Origin: Nitrosopumilaceae archaeon
Lineage (GTDB): Archaea > Thermoproteota > Nitrososphaeria > Nitrososphaerales > Nitrosopumilaceae
Reading direction: 5' to 3'
Length of the DNA: 64,000 bases
NCBI GenBank assembly: GCA_965209085.1
Contig: OZ242376.1
Span: 1,440,001 to 1,504,000 of the forward strand
In this document: in pieces, positions 40,685-49,806 of the stretch
Layout of the letters: the number at the start of each line of letters is the position of its first letter
Position numbering within the stretch: the stretch's first letter is position 1
Position numbers and translations under genes: made by a program
Notes under the pieces: model-generated
What the model saw: the letters and a program-made list of their open reading frames with translations, nothing else
Told to the model about the DNA's origin: nothing
Database searches by the model: none

Positions 40685-41152
40685 TTGAGCGAATCTAGAA
40701 ACAGCAATGCGTACGGGATCGGAACAATTACCGTCATAGTGGGCGTGGCAGTTGCCATTATATTTTACCAGAGCTATTATCTTCCAGAGTCGCTTGAAAA
40801 ACCCTCTGTTGATGAGCACATACTTCATCCAAGCTTTCCAGAAAACATCATAGAAATTATAGCAGGCTCGGCCAACGAAGAGCAGACTGACAATTACATT
40901 CCAAAACTTGTCAACATACAGCTAGGTATTGACAATCACGTGATATGGAAAAACGTAGATGAGACATCGCATACGGTTACGCCGGATCACAGATACTCTG
41001 ACAGTTACAGCGGTGACTTTGGATCCTTGGGAGTGGTAAAACCTGGCGCCGTCTACGAGTTTACATTTACTGACATAGGACACATAGAATACCACTGTGA
41101 ACCGCATCCGTGGATGAAAGGAACTTTGGAGATATCAAAACAGCGGTTTTAA
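40685..41152 (+). CDS. membrane-anchored cupredoxin (type 1 blue copper protein)
   Basis: N-terminal TM helix; W.N.D...HTVT and YHCEPHPWMKG copper ligands. Confidence 0.9.
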   Translation: MSESRNSNAYGIGTITVIVGVAVAIIFYQSYYLPESLEKPSVDEHILHPSFPENIIEIIAGSANEEQTDNYIPKLVNIQLGIDNHVIWKNVDETSHTVTPDHRYSDSYSGDFGSLGVVKPGAVYEFTFTDIGHIEYHCEPHPWMKGTLEISKQRF

Positions 41153-41499
41153 TTTGAATATTCGGCAAATATATGGTCGCTTTCAATTTCCTTGTGCTGC
41201 TCTATAATAGAGACGCGAAATTTTACAGTATGCTTTTTTTCCGGTTCAAAGCGGATGAATGCTGTAAATTCAGCAAGATTATCTTTCATAGAATCTTTTG
41301 GTATGAAAAGACGGGTTACATTTTTGTCCACGTTCTTACCGTTGCACATGCTGTATTCCAAGAGTCCGTTTGAATCCTGAATTTGCGTATTTACCACTAT
41401 ACCGTCGTACCGTCCAGTATAGTTTACCTTTACTGTGCCAAGTATTTGCTCGTTTGGCCTAATGTGTGCAGAATTTAGCGAGATTTCAACGTCTTTCAT
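41149..41499 (-). CDS. hypothetical protein
   Basis: 116-aa ORF that fills the gap between neighbours and converges on the cupredoxin gene. Confidence 0.65.
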   Translation of the reverse strand: MKDVEISLNSAHIRPNEQILGTVKVNYTGRYDGIVVNTQIQDSNGLLEYSMCNGKNVDKNVTRLFIPKDSMKDNLAEFTAFIRFEPEKKHTVKFRVSIIEQHKEIESDHIFAEYSN

Positions 41500-41540
41500 G
41501 TACAATTACAGTATTGTCTGTAAATAAATAATTTTGCCGC

Positions 41541-42224
41541 CTATTTGGAGGCATCATCGTTTTCCTTTATCGCACGCAACAGGGCCTCTTTTGAGACCAT
41601 TCCGTCTTTTTTCATTTTCTCGTACAGTTCAGCGTATACAAATTCCCTCTCAGAATATTCCATTATTTTCTCAAATTCTTCTTTGAAATAATGCAGATAC
41701 TCCACATCCCCGGTGGTCTCTTTTATGGGCAGGCCGTACGCTCGGGCAAGCGCATCATGTCTTAGACCCTTTATGTGAAAATCATTTAACGGCAGATGCA
41801 TTTGTAAAAAATCCATGGAAGCGGTCTTTTGCATGTTATAGTAGAGTTTTTCCGGATCGTCAATTTTATGGTGCATCATCCTCCCGTATAGGAAAGGCAG
41901 ATCAAATCCGCATATGTTGTGCCCGACGAATTCAAGGCGTCCGCTTTTTACCCTACATACTGTATCATAGAATTTTCCAAGAATCTCCTCCTCTCCATCC
42001 TCCCATTCTTTTAGCCGCCGTATGTGGCCTATTGTGGATATTCTGTATGCTATGAATATGACTTTACCCTCGTACGGATTCAGTGCTCCTGCAGCATATT
42101 TCCAGTATCTTGCAGGATCCGTTCGCCTAGTCAGACTCTCTGATTCAACCTCGCGCTTTGTGGCAAAAAATTCTTCTTTTTCCATGTCCGGAGCGCTCTC
42201 TATATCCAAGAACAGTTCGGTCAT
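41541..42224 (-). CDS. stand-alone DEDD 3'-5' exonuclease (PolB-exonuclease/RNase H-like)
   Basis: LFLDIES (ExoI), VGHNICGFDLPFL (ExoII), MDFL and YSERE (ExoIII-like). Confidence 0.78.
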   Translation of the reverse strand: MTELFLDIESAPDMEKEEFFATKREVESESLTRRTDPARYWKYAAGALNPYEGKVIFIAYRISTIGHIRRLKEWEDGEEEILGKFYDTVCRVKSGRLEFVGHNICGFDLPFLYGRMMHHKIDDPEKLYYNMQKTASMDFLQMHLPLNDFHIKGLRHDALARAYGLPIKETTGDVEYLHYFKEEFEKIMEYSEREFVYAELYEKMKKDGMVSKEALLRAIKENDDASK

Positions 42225-42230
42225 GGAGCA

Positions 42231-42404
42231 TCATTCATGAGTGCATCCGCATTTTATCATTTCTGTATCAAACGTACAGTCATGCGGTCCTTCAGTTTTC
42301 ATCTCAACTGGAATCTCCCCCATGCATTCACTGTGTCTGCCTTTGGTGCAAAACCAGCATGTTTTTTGTGAGCTTTTAGTGGAGCACTTCATACAATATT
42401 TCAT
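42231..42404 (-). CDS. small Cys/His-rich putative zinc-binding protein
   Basis: MKYCMKC...CWFC..GRHSEC...HDC...CGCTHE; lies between ilvE and the exonuclease on the same strand. Confidence 0.6.
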   Translation of the reverse strand: MKYCMKCSTKSSQKTCWFCTKGRHSECMGEIPVEMKTEGPHDCTFDTEMIKCGCTHE

Positions 42405-42423
42405 ATTATACCCCTTAAAAAAT

Positions 42424-43338
42424 TTATACGTAAAACAGCCAGGGTAAAAATTTCTGATTCTTGCCCCCCGTAACATCCGTATACCTTTTTTGCATCGATG
42501 TTGTAACCGGACCCGGTTTGCCGGATCCAATACTGACATTATCCACCTGCGTTATGGCAATTATTTCAGAAGCTGTTCCAGTTATAAACACCTCATCTGC
42601 CCCGTATACGTCCGCCCGGCTTAGGATAGATTCTCCAACATGCCCTCCACTCTCTTCTTCCATTTCAATAACACTCTCACGTGTTATTCCCCCCAATGCA
42701 CCGCTGCTTATAGGCGGCGTAGTTATCTGGGCATTTTTCACTATGAAAAGATTCGCAGTCGTTGCCTCTACTACATATCCCTGATAATTTAACAACAGCG
42801 CATCATCAAATCCGTTTCGCAGTGCCTCAGTGCGTGCAAGTATCGCGTTTGAATAGTTTGCCGCGCTTTTTGCATGCATCGGCTGAGAGCGCGAATCAAT
42901 CTTTAGCCAGCTTGATATCATACATTTTGCTGATGCATGTTTGCCAACAGTATGTTTTTTTGTGTTCCATTCCGCACATGAGATTGCAAGATCCGCCTTT
43001 GTTGATGCCGGTAAAAGTCCAACTGTATCATCCCCAAGGTATGCAATAGGACGTATGTAGCATTCATCCAATCCTCCCGCCCGTACTGTCTTTACTATTG
43101 CATCAAATACCTGTTTTTTTGTATACGGTATCCTCATAGAGTATAGTTTTGCTGATTGAAAGAGCCTCTCTACGTGCTCTTGTAAACGAAATATTGCAAG
43201 ACCATTTGGCGTTTTATAGCAGCGCAGCCCCTCAAAGACTGCAGTTGAATAATGCAGTGCATGCGTCATAACGTGCACCTTTGCCTTACCAAATGGCACA
43301 AGTTTGCCGTTTATCCATATTTTTTTTCCATATTTCAT
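42424..43338 (-). CDS. ilvE: branched-chain amino acid aminotransferase
   Basis: HALHYSTAVFEG, FRLQEH..RL, YIRP, AKSAANY, GGITR and DEVFITGTASE. Confidence 0.94.
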   Translation of the reverse strand: MKYGKKIWINGKLVPFGKAKVHVMTHALHYSTAVFEGLRCYKTPNGLAIFRLQEHVERLFQSAKLYSMRIPYTKKQVFDAIVKTVRAGGLDECYIRPIAYLGDDTVGLLPASTKADLAISCAEWNTKKHTVGKHASAKCMISSWLKIDSRSQPMHAKSAANYSNAILARTEALRNGFDDALLLNYQGYVVEATTANLFIVKNAQITTPPISSGALGGITRESVIEMEEESGGHVGESILSRADVYGADEVFITGTASEIIAITQVDNVSIGSGKPGPVTTSMQKRYTDVTGGKNQKFLPWLFYV

Positions 43339-43380
43339 ATTAAATTTAGATTAAAATGTAATTTAAAGAATTATCGTATT

Positions 43381-45045
43381 TTATACAAGTGCCTGGGATG
43401 CATCATGGAACATTTGACTCTTTGCGCATCCGGACGCTAGATCATCACCGGATCCGCGCCTCATAAGACCACGGTATAGACCATCTTCTAGTTTCATTCC
43501 CTCGCGTTCTTCCCATTCTTCCACGGTGATTGAATATTTTTTCTGAATGCGGTCGCGATACCATTCTGGTATAACATTAAAAGCACAAAATGGCACTATG
43601 CGAAGATCTGGCGTTATATAGTGTATGTCGCATCTTTGCAGGCGTTCTAAATCTTCGTTGTATTTGTCCTGAAAGTGCATCATGCCTAAAAAGAGACCCT
43701 TGACATGCCAAGACCCGACAGAATCAAAAGTTCTTTTCAAGAGTATATTGCCAAACATTTTTGCCAAATCAAGACCGGCAGGCTGTTTTTTTGTATCCAC
43801 AAATCCTTTTAATTTTCGAACCACCTCTAGCATTGTAAAGTATTTGTTTTTGCCAGAGCGTATCTCCTCCACTTTATCCTCAAATAATTCCAGCATTCCC
43901 TGAATGTCACAAAACTTTGTAATTGGTACGAATTTTTTGGTGTCAGCATCCTCGAATATGTACGTTCCAGCACCGCATGCAAAGTGTATGGAAAGCTCGT
44001 ATTTTGGTTTGCTTGAAAACGCCTCTATGATGTTTGTCAAGGGCATGCAGCTTGGCACCGGAAACCAGTCATCCATCGTAACCTCGCCGTTTGTCTGCTC
44101 TTCTATGCGCTGTACACAGTCTGGAATTGTAATTCTATACTTTTCTCTCTCTTGTTTTCCCATCCTTCCCGTAAGGGAGACTGGTTGAAAGTTTACTGCG
44201 TGTACCACGTCCATGTTTTTCTGCGCATATCGTATAATACCTCCCAGTTCGTGATCATTTATTGATTTGATTACTGTAGGTACAAACACCACTGTCGTGC
44301 CAGTCTTTCGGCAGCTGTCAAGTGCATGCGGAATTTCCCAGTGGTTTTTTGGGTTTGTTCTTGCAGTTACTCCATCAAAGCTAAGATAGAGATTGTTGCA
44401 TCCGGACAAACGCACCTCACGGGCAGATTCCGGATCCAATGCGTGGCGTATGCCGTTTGTATTCATTTGTATGTGATCCACGCCTTCTTCTTTGATTATG
44501 CGGATTAGATCTGTAATATCTTCGCGGAGCATGGGCTCGCCTCCAGTAATCTGTATCGAGTTGCCAGCTATGGGCCTTTCTGCCCGCATTGTCTTAACCA
44601 TTGCCCGTACCTGATCGTGCGATGGTTCGTACATGTATGCTCCCTCTAGACCTTTTTTAACGTAGAAAAAGCAATACCAGCATGTAAGGTCGCATCTGTT
44701 TGTCACAATCATGTTTGCAAGACCGCTGTGTGAGAGATGGTTTGAGCACAAACCACAGTTGTTTGGGCAGGAGCATTTTTCAATCATTACATTTGGAGCG
44801 TGTACGCCTTTGCCGTCCTGCCAAAATGTACTAAATTTATTATACATGTCAGATGAGCCAAAATAGAGCTCTTCGCATTCGCCGTGTGATGGGCATGTTT
44901 TTGACATGAATACTTTGCCTTTTCTTTCAAATACTTCAGCATCTAGGATCATGTTACAGTCAGGGCATATGCTTTGCGTAAATCGAATTGTGGATTTTTT
45001 TCCCAAGTTTTTGATCGACTGACCGCTGATCTGTATAAGTGACAT
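43381..45045 (-). CDS. tes: tetraether (GDGT) lipid synthase, radical SAM enzyme
   Basis: N-terminal TQSICPDC...KTCPSHG, CPNNCGLCSNH, VTNRCDLTCWYCF and C-terminal LQRCDIHY...PFCAFN, matching the MJ0619/Tes architecture. Confidence 0.85.
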   Translation of the reverse strand: MSLIQISGQSIKNLGKKSTIRFTQSICPDCNMILDAEVFERKGKVFMSKTCPSHGECEELYFGSSDMYNKFSTFWQDGKGVHAPNVMIEKCSCPNNCGLCSNHLSHSGLANMIVTNRCDLTCWYCFFYVKKGLEGAYMYEPSHDQVRAMVKTMRAERPIAGNSIQITGGEPMLREDITDLIRIIKEEGVDHIQMNTNGIRHALDPESAREVRLSGCNNLYLSFDGVTARTNPKNHWEIPHALDSCRKTGTTVVFVPTVIKSINDHELGGIIRYAQKNMDVVHAVNFQPVSLTGRMGKQEREKYRITIPDCVQRIEEQTNGEVTMDDWFPVPSCMPLTNIIEAFSSKPKYELSIHFACGAGTYIFEDADTKKFVPITKFCDIQGMLELFEDKVEEIRSGKNKYFTMLEVVRKLKGFVDTKKQPAGLDLAKMFGNILLKRTFDSVGSWHVKGLFLGMMHFQDKYNEDLERLQRCDIHYITPDLRIVPFCAFNVIPEWYRDRIQKKYSITVEEWEEREGMKLEDGLYRGLMRRGSGDDLASGCAKSQMFHDASQALV

Positions 45046-45133
45046 ATACTGAGTGTGGATTTTTTTGTATTTAACATATTTCCACTTTATCAACGGTTAA
45101 AACGGGTATTTGTGCCTGACCATACGTGCCAAA

Positions 45134-45211
45134 GTATGAGGTCAGTGCCTCGTGCTAATTTGTGCCTACATCATTTATTGCGTAAATTCTAGGCATGATG
45201 TGACCTCGTAC
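45134..45211 (+). mobile_element. 78-bp MITE copy 1 (TIR GTATGAGGTCA)
   Basis: 71/78 identical to the reverse complement of 46626-46703. Flanks GTGCCAAA and GTACCGGA match at 5/8, a possible eroded TSD. Confidence 0.78.
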
Positions 45212-45259
45212 GTACCGGATCTAATCGAGTTTATATATCATAATATAAAATTTGATCGG

Positions 45260-46027
45260 TTGAGCGTATCAAAAAATGCCAAAAAGGCATTAGAGCATTT
45301 GGGCATGGGTACAAATGAGATCAAAACGTATACTGCTCTCTTAAACATAGGCAGTGGGACAGCTGAACAGATTAGCAAGGAATCCGTCGTGTCATACTCG
45401 AAGATATACGTGGTGTTAAAATCACTGGAAGAAAACAAGTGGGTCACCTCTGATGATTCAAGACCTTCTGTGTATACTGTAAATTCTCCAGTATCAAGTT
45501 TGGATGTAATAAAGCGCAAAAGGGATGAACAGCACGATGAGGACAGGGCTGCAGTCATCTCAGAGATAGAGCCATTATATGAAAAAACAGGGACTGCAGA
45601 GATGCCTGATATTTTGTTTTTACGCGGAACAGGCAGTATTGTATCAAAGATTTTGGAAACGTCAGATTCGTGCAACAGTGAAATGATGATTGTTGTTCCA
45701 GCAGCCGGTCAGGAGATGGTAAAACAGGCCTTACCAAAACTGCGAATGTTGTATGACAGGGGCGTGAGCACTACAATACTTACATCAGATGAGATGGATG
45801 CGGATTCTGTAAAGGCGCTCTCAAGGGTTGCCACAGTGAAGATAAAAAACACCATATACGGGGGAGGCATAATATCGGATAAAAAACATGTGATAATACT
45901 TTTGGGTTCTGAGGATGGCAAGATGTTTACATCAGATATGGTTGCAATATGGGCAGATCATGCCGGTCTTGCAGGATTTGCCAGGGAATATTTTGAATAC
46001 TTGATAAAGGACTCGGATGGTGCATAG
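45260..46027 (+). CDS. TrmB-family transcriptional regulator
   Basis: LG...EIKTY.ALL..G...SKIY.VL.SLE...W...SRP N-terminal wHTH plus effector domain; TTTATATA box upstream. Confidence 0.88.
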   Translation: MSVSKNAKKALEHLGMGTNEIKTYTALLNIGSGTAEQISKESVVSYSKIYVVLKSLEENKWVTSDDSRPSVYTVNSPVSSLDVIKRKRDEQHDEDRAAVISEIEPLYEKTGTAEMPDILFLRGTGSIVSKILETSDSCNSEMMIVVPAAGQEMVKQALPKLRMLYDRGVSTTILTSDEMDADSVKALSRVATVKIKNTIYGGGIISDKKHVIILLGSEDGKMFTSDMVAIWADHAGLAGFAREYFEYLIKDSDGA

Positions 46028-46030
46028 CAT

Positions 46031-46501
46031 ATGGATGATATAAACAACGAGGTATTATTTGTAGGAACTGCTGAGGCTGAACACTTGGAGATGTATCTAA
46101 AAGCAATTTGGCACATAAAAGAAGACGGAGAAGAGGCAAAGATTAGCAATGTTGCAAAAAGACTCAATGTACGCCAGCCAAGTGTTGTTCAGATGCTCAA
46201 AAAATTGCGCGAGCGAAAACTGGTCCAGTATAACAAGTCAGGCGTACGTCTTACCGATGAGGGCAAAGAGATAGGTTCTGCAATGATACGCAACAGCAGG
46301 CTTTTGGAAGTGCTGATGGACAGCGCCTTGAAGATAGAAATAGATGAGGAGATGGTGTGCGGAATAGAGCACCATATGAACAAACAGTTTACCGATGCAT
46401 TATGTACAATGCTGCACCATCCAAAAAAATGCCCCCACAATTTTGCAATACCCAAAGGCGAATGCTGCGTACAGTCCAAAACCATCTCTGTCCATGAATG
46501 A
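46031..46501 (+). CDS. DtxR/MntR-family metal-dependent regulator
   Basis: EMYLKAIW, VRQPSVVQML, LTDEG, RLLE, CGIEH and CPH...IP. Confidence 0.92.
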   Translation: MDDINNEVLFVGTAEAEHLEMYLKAIWHIKEDGEEAKISNVAKRLNVRQPSVVQMLKKLRERKLVQYNKSGVRLTDEGKEIGSAMIRNSRLLEVLMDSALKIEIDEEMVCGIEHHMNKQFTDALCTMLHHPKKCPHNFAIPKGECCVQSKTISVHE

Positions 46502-46625
46502 GCATTTTTTATAAAATCCGATCAAATTCATTCAAAATCATGCAACATATCCACCATCATCAAGCCCTGCTCATCTTGCCGGTATTGCAAATATTGGGTT
46601 TTAGAGTATAACATACGCTAAGATA

Positions 46626-46703
46626 GTATGAGGTCACATCATGCCTAGAATTTATGCAATAAATGATGTATGCACAAAATAGCACGAGATGCTGACCTCA
46701 TAC
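46626..46703 (-). mobile_element. 78-bp MITE copy 2 (inverted relative to copy 1)
   Basis: Perfect 11-bp TIR GTATGAGGTCA/TGACCTCATAC; 8-bp TSD CTAAGATA/CTAGGATA (7/8 match). Confidence 0.82.
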
Positions 46704-46735
46704 CTAGGATAGTATCTGACACAAAGTGTCAGAAT

Positions 46736-47678
46736 CTAGACTGCGGCAGCTAGAATGTGAATATTATAACACAAGACAAAAAAGCCCAATTCAATTTTCT
46801 GTGTTGCAAATTTGCGGGCACTCGGAGTGGATGAAAACCTTCTCTTCATGGATGAAAACGTGGCCTCTACGTTGCTGCGTTTGCAGTATATGGATAGAAA
46901 TTCATCAGGATTATCACGATGCCATCTTTGCCCATTGCGTCAAATCCACGTACACGAACACCTTTTCTTGGCATTATTACAGGAATTCGTCCGGTCTTTT
47001 CTATGAGCGTGCATGTGTTGCATGAAAGGTATGCTGCATCAAGCATCACGTGGCCGGAACCGTGCGGCAGTGTGCCACATATTTACTCAAATATTGGTGC
47101 ATCATGGCATCGTGCATGGGTAATATCATATGATATGATATGATATGATATGATTATGCTGTTTTCAGCAGTTACAATATGCAATTTGCGATAATCCCGT
47201 CTGTACCTTTATCCATTTTTTGCATAAAGCCATGTGTTATGCCCGTTTATTGCAATTCCTGTAAAATCCCCGTATAGCGTACCTTTCATTCCAGGTCAGC
47301 TCGCAGAATTTATCATCCATGTGATGAAATGCGCATCAATTATAGATGCTACCTGCAACGCCGACCTTGACGGCACTCTTTTCAAGCCCGGTATTGGTAG
47401 TAAATGTGGCGAATCTTCAAGATAATCTACGAGTTCATCGTATGACAATTGTTGTATTATTTTTAGGGCGATACACAGTCATTCCTAGGTGATCAAAGCC
47501 GTGTTGTTCTAATGGATTCTGTTTCCATGGCTTTACCCCTTGATTTTTTGCTTTCATTATAATCGAGGTTAACATTTGGTGTGATCTGGCAAGATTTCCT
47601 CATCGGTTGTGCTTTGTTGATTTCATTAAATTGGCTCTGATCTACTGATCCAAAGCTTTTTCGGTCATTTACGTTCAT
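46736..47678 (-). pseudogene. IS5-like (DDE_Tnp_1) transposase pseudogene
   Basis: Manual multi-frame translation gives LSYDELVDYL...GLKRVPSRSAL...YGDFTG...RDYRKLHI...HDAPIF...LDAAYLS...PVIMPRK...YCKRSNVEATFSSMKRRF...LCYNI, with several stops and frameshifts. Confidence 0.8.
47128..47154. repeat. (ATATG)n pentanucleotide microsatellite inside the transposase remnant
   Basis: atatgatatgatatgatatgatatgat is directly visible. Confidence 0.85.
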
Positions 47679-47771
47679 GATCTAAAAGATTTATGGTATG
47701 TTTTTGATTTTATTCATGTAGAGCCCCAAAACTCTATAGGATTATATTCATACATACAGATTGTTATGTAA

Positions 47772-47933
47772 ATGGCATGTTTTTGCGGCTGTGAGAAATT
47801 TGAAAAAAATCCCAACGGTGTAAAAATTTCATGCATGAAATGCGGCCATGGAAGACAAAACCATGATGAAGAGTTTAGGGCAGAATCTCGTGCAAACGTA
47901 GAAAAGAGCCAAAAGCGTGACGTGGAATTTTAA
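47772..47933 (+). CDS. small zinc-finger-like protein (53 aa)
   Basis: Manual translation [35 protein letters not shown]...; shorter than the ORF-track cutoff; stop overlaps the yjbQ stop. Confidence 0.6.
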   Translation: MACFCGCEKFEKNPNGVKISCMKCGHGRQNHDEEFRAESRANVEKSQKRDVEF

Positions 47934-48349
47934 TCGCCAATAATTTTAACCAGGATTTTTTTCCAGCGTCTGCCATCAAACTCCCCGTAAAAGATCTGCT
48001 CCCATGGACCAAAATCAAGCTTTCCTTGTGTGATTGCCACAACCACCTCCCTGCCCATCACCTGTCTTTTTAGATGGGCATCAGCGTTATCCTCTCCGGT
48101 TTTATTGTGATCATATGCGGAGGTTGGATCATGTGGTGCGAGTTTTTCTAGCCATTTTTCATAATCTTTGTGTAGGCCGGATTCATCATCGTTTATGAAA
48201 ACGCTTGCAGTTATGTGCATTGCATTTACAAGACAAAGTCCCTCCCGTACGTGACTTTGTAAAACCAGCCGTTGTATCTGCGGCGTAATATTGAGGAATG
48301 CACAACGGGTTTTTGTATTTATAGTAAGATATTCGGTACTAGATATCAT
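47930..48349 (-). CDS. yjbQ: YjbQ/UPF0047 family protein
   Basis: [28 protein letters not shown] and [14 protein letters not shown]. Confidence 0.9.
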   Translation of the reverse strand: MISSTEYLTINTKTRCAFLNITPQIQRLVLQSHVREGLCLVNAMHITASVFINDDESGLHKDYEKWLEKLAPHDPTSAYDHNKTGEDNADAHLKRQVMGREVVVAITQGKLDFGPWEQIFYGEFDGRRWKKILVKIIGD

Positions 48350-48466
48350 GGATATTTTCCACAATATGAGATATAAAAAGGAAAAGGCTCAGAACTCAAG
48401 ATCTATATCACCAATCATAGGGACTATCTCATCAACGCCTTTATAATTTGAAGATTATCGTCTAAA

Positions 48467-49756
48467 TTAATCTTGATAAAATTCACCGGCAATATTCTGC
48501 AACATTGTATGTTTAATACCTTTTAGTGAGTTTTCAAAACCCAAAGCCCACATGGCCTTGACCAGTGCAGTTTCCGGAAGCATTCCAGATAGCGGTACTA
48601 TTCCCATTTTTTGAAGATCTCGGCCGCTCTCATAGACGTTCATGTTTACATTGCCATCAATGCACTGCGAGGTCATCCCTAGAAATATTCCCGCATTTGA
48701 TGCTTTTTTTATGGAATCATACATTGTGCGTCCGACATGTCCAAGTCCGGTCCCCTCTAAGATTATCGCAGAGCATCCAGAGGATATTGCATAATCTATT
48801 ATCTTTGAATCAATTCCCGGATAATATTTTATTAGCCATACCTTTGTATTTATTACAATTTTTGGCAAATATTGCTTTTTATGAAATTGTTGCCTGATGT
48901 TTTTTTTAATTTCATCCTTTATTACAGTACAAGCTGGCTTTGCCCCCACGGTTTCAAATGCGCCTCGTTTACTAGTATGGTTTTTTCTTACACGTGTGGC
49001 AGAATGTATCGATATGCTTTCCCCGTCCACATCATGATGCATTGCCACAAAGATTCCAGGGTTTGGATTTGAGATGATAAATTTTGCAGCGCCAATCAGA
49101 TTTGATGCCGCATCCGAGGATGGCCTGTCAGATGATCTCTGCGATCCGGTTAAAACTATTGGTTTTGGGAATCCCTGCAATGCAAATGCAAGATATGAGG
49201 CAGTATGCTGCATCGTGTCTGTTCCATGTGGTACAATTATCCCGGCATATTCTGATGTTGCAAGACTGTCAAAAAAAGCCGCCATTTCAATCCACTGTTC
49301 AGGTATAATGTTTTCAGAGTGCTCTGAGAGAATCGTTTTTACATCAATATCGGCAACATCTGCCAATTCTGGCACAGATGATAAAAGATCTTCTGGTGAG
49401 AGTATTGGCGTTACCGCCCCAGTCCTGTAGTCTATTTTACTTGCGATGGTTCCTCCGGTAGATACTAGAAGAAGTTTTATAGAATTTTTGTTTTTTGGTT
49501 TTGCTTTTTGTCCATCTTTTATTCTCTGATCAGGCGTTTGGAGTTTTTTTATTGCTATATCATTTATGTTTATGCCCACGTTGTAACCATTTTTGAGCTT
49601 TAATACAATGATGTTTTTTGCACCATCCTCATACCTTGACATTAGTATGCCTTTATAGTTCATCTTTCCAGTTATTTCAACATAATTCCCAATATGGATA
49701 TTTTTAGATTTTAAAAATTCGAGCACGTCTCCTGAATAATTACCATATTCGGACAT
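48467..49756 (-). CDS. gatD: Glu-tRNA(Gln) amidotransferase subunit D
   Basis: KLKNGYNVG, STGGTIASKIDY.TGAV, HGTDTM, GSQRSSDRPSSDA and RKNHTSKR. Confidence 0.96.
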   Translation of the reverse strand: MSEYGNYSGDVLEFLKSKNIHIGNYVEITGKMNYKGILMSRYEDGAKNIIVLKLKNGYNVGININDIAIKKLQTPDQRIKDGQKAKPKNKNSIKLLLVSTGGTIASKIDYRTGAVTPILSPEDLLSSVPELADVADIDVKTILSEHSENIIPEQWIEMAAFFDSLATSEYAGIIVPHGTDTMQHTASYLAFALQGFPKPIVLTGSQRSSDRPSSDAASNLIGAAKFIISNPNPGIFVAMHHDVDGESISIHSATRVRKNHTSKRGAFETVGAKPACTVIKDEIKKNIRQQFHKKQYLPKIVINTKVWLIKYYPGIDSKIIDYAISSGCSAIILEGTGLGHVGRTMYDSIKKASNAGIFLGMTSQCIDGNVNMNVYESGRDLQKMGIVPLSGMLPETALVKAMWALGFENSLKGIKHTMLQNIAGEFYQD

Positions 49757-49806
49757 TACGTGGGATATAGTGTACGGGCTCTTAATCTTATCTAAATACG
49801 GCTTTA

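Noticed and set aside
45134-46703. Composite transposon that delivered trmB-dtxR
   Set aside because: Each MITE appears to have its own TSD, the outer flanks do not match each other, and both regulators look like core thaumarchaeal genes.
46726-47143. Plus-strand ORFs that first looked like IS1 InsA/InsB fragments
   Set aside because: The minus strand gives a much more coherent IS5-like DDE motif series over the same bases.
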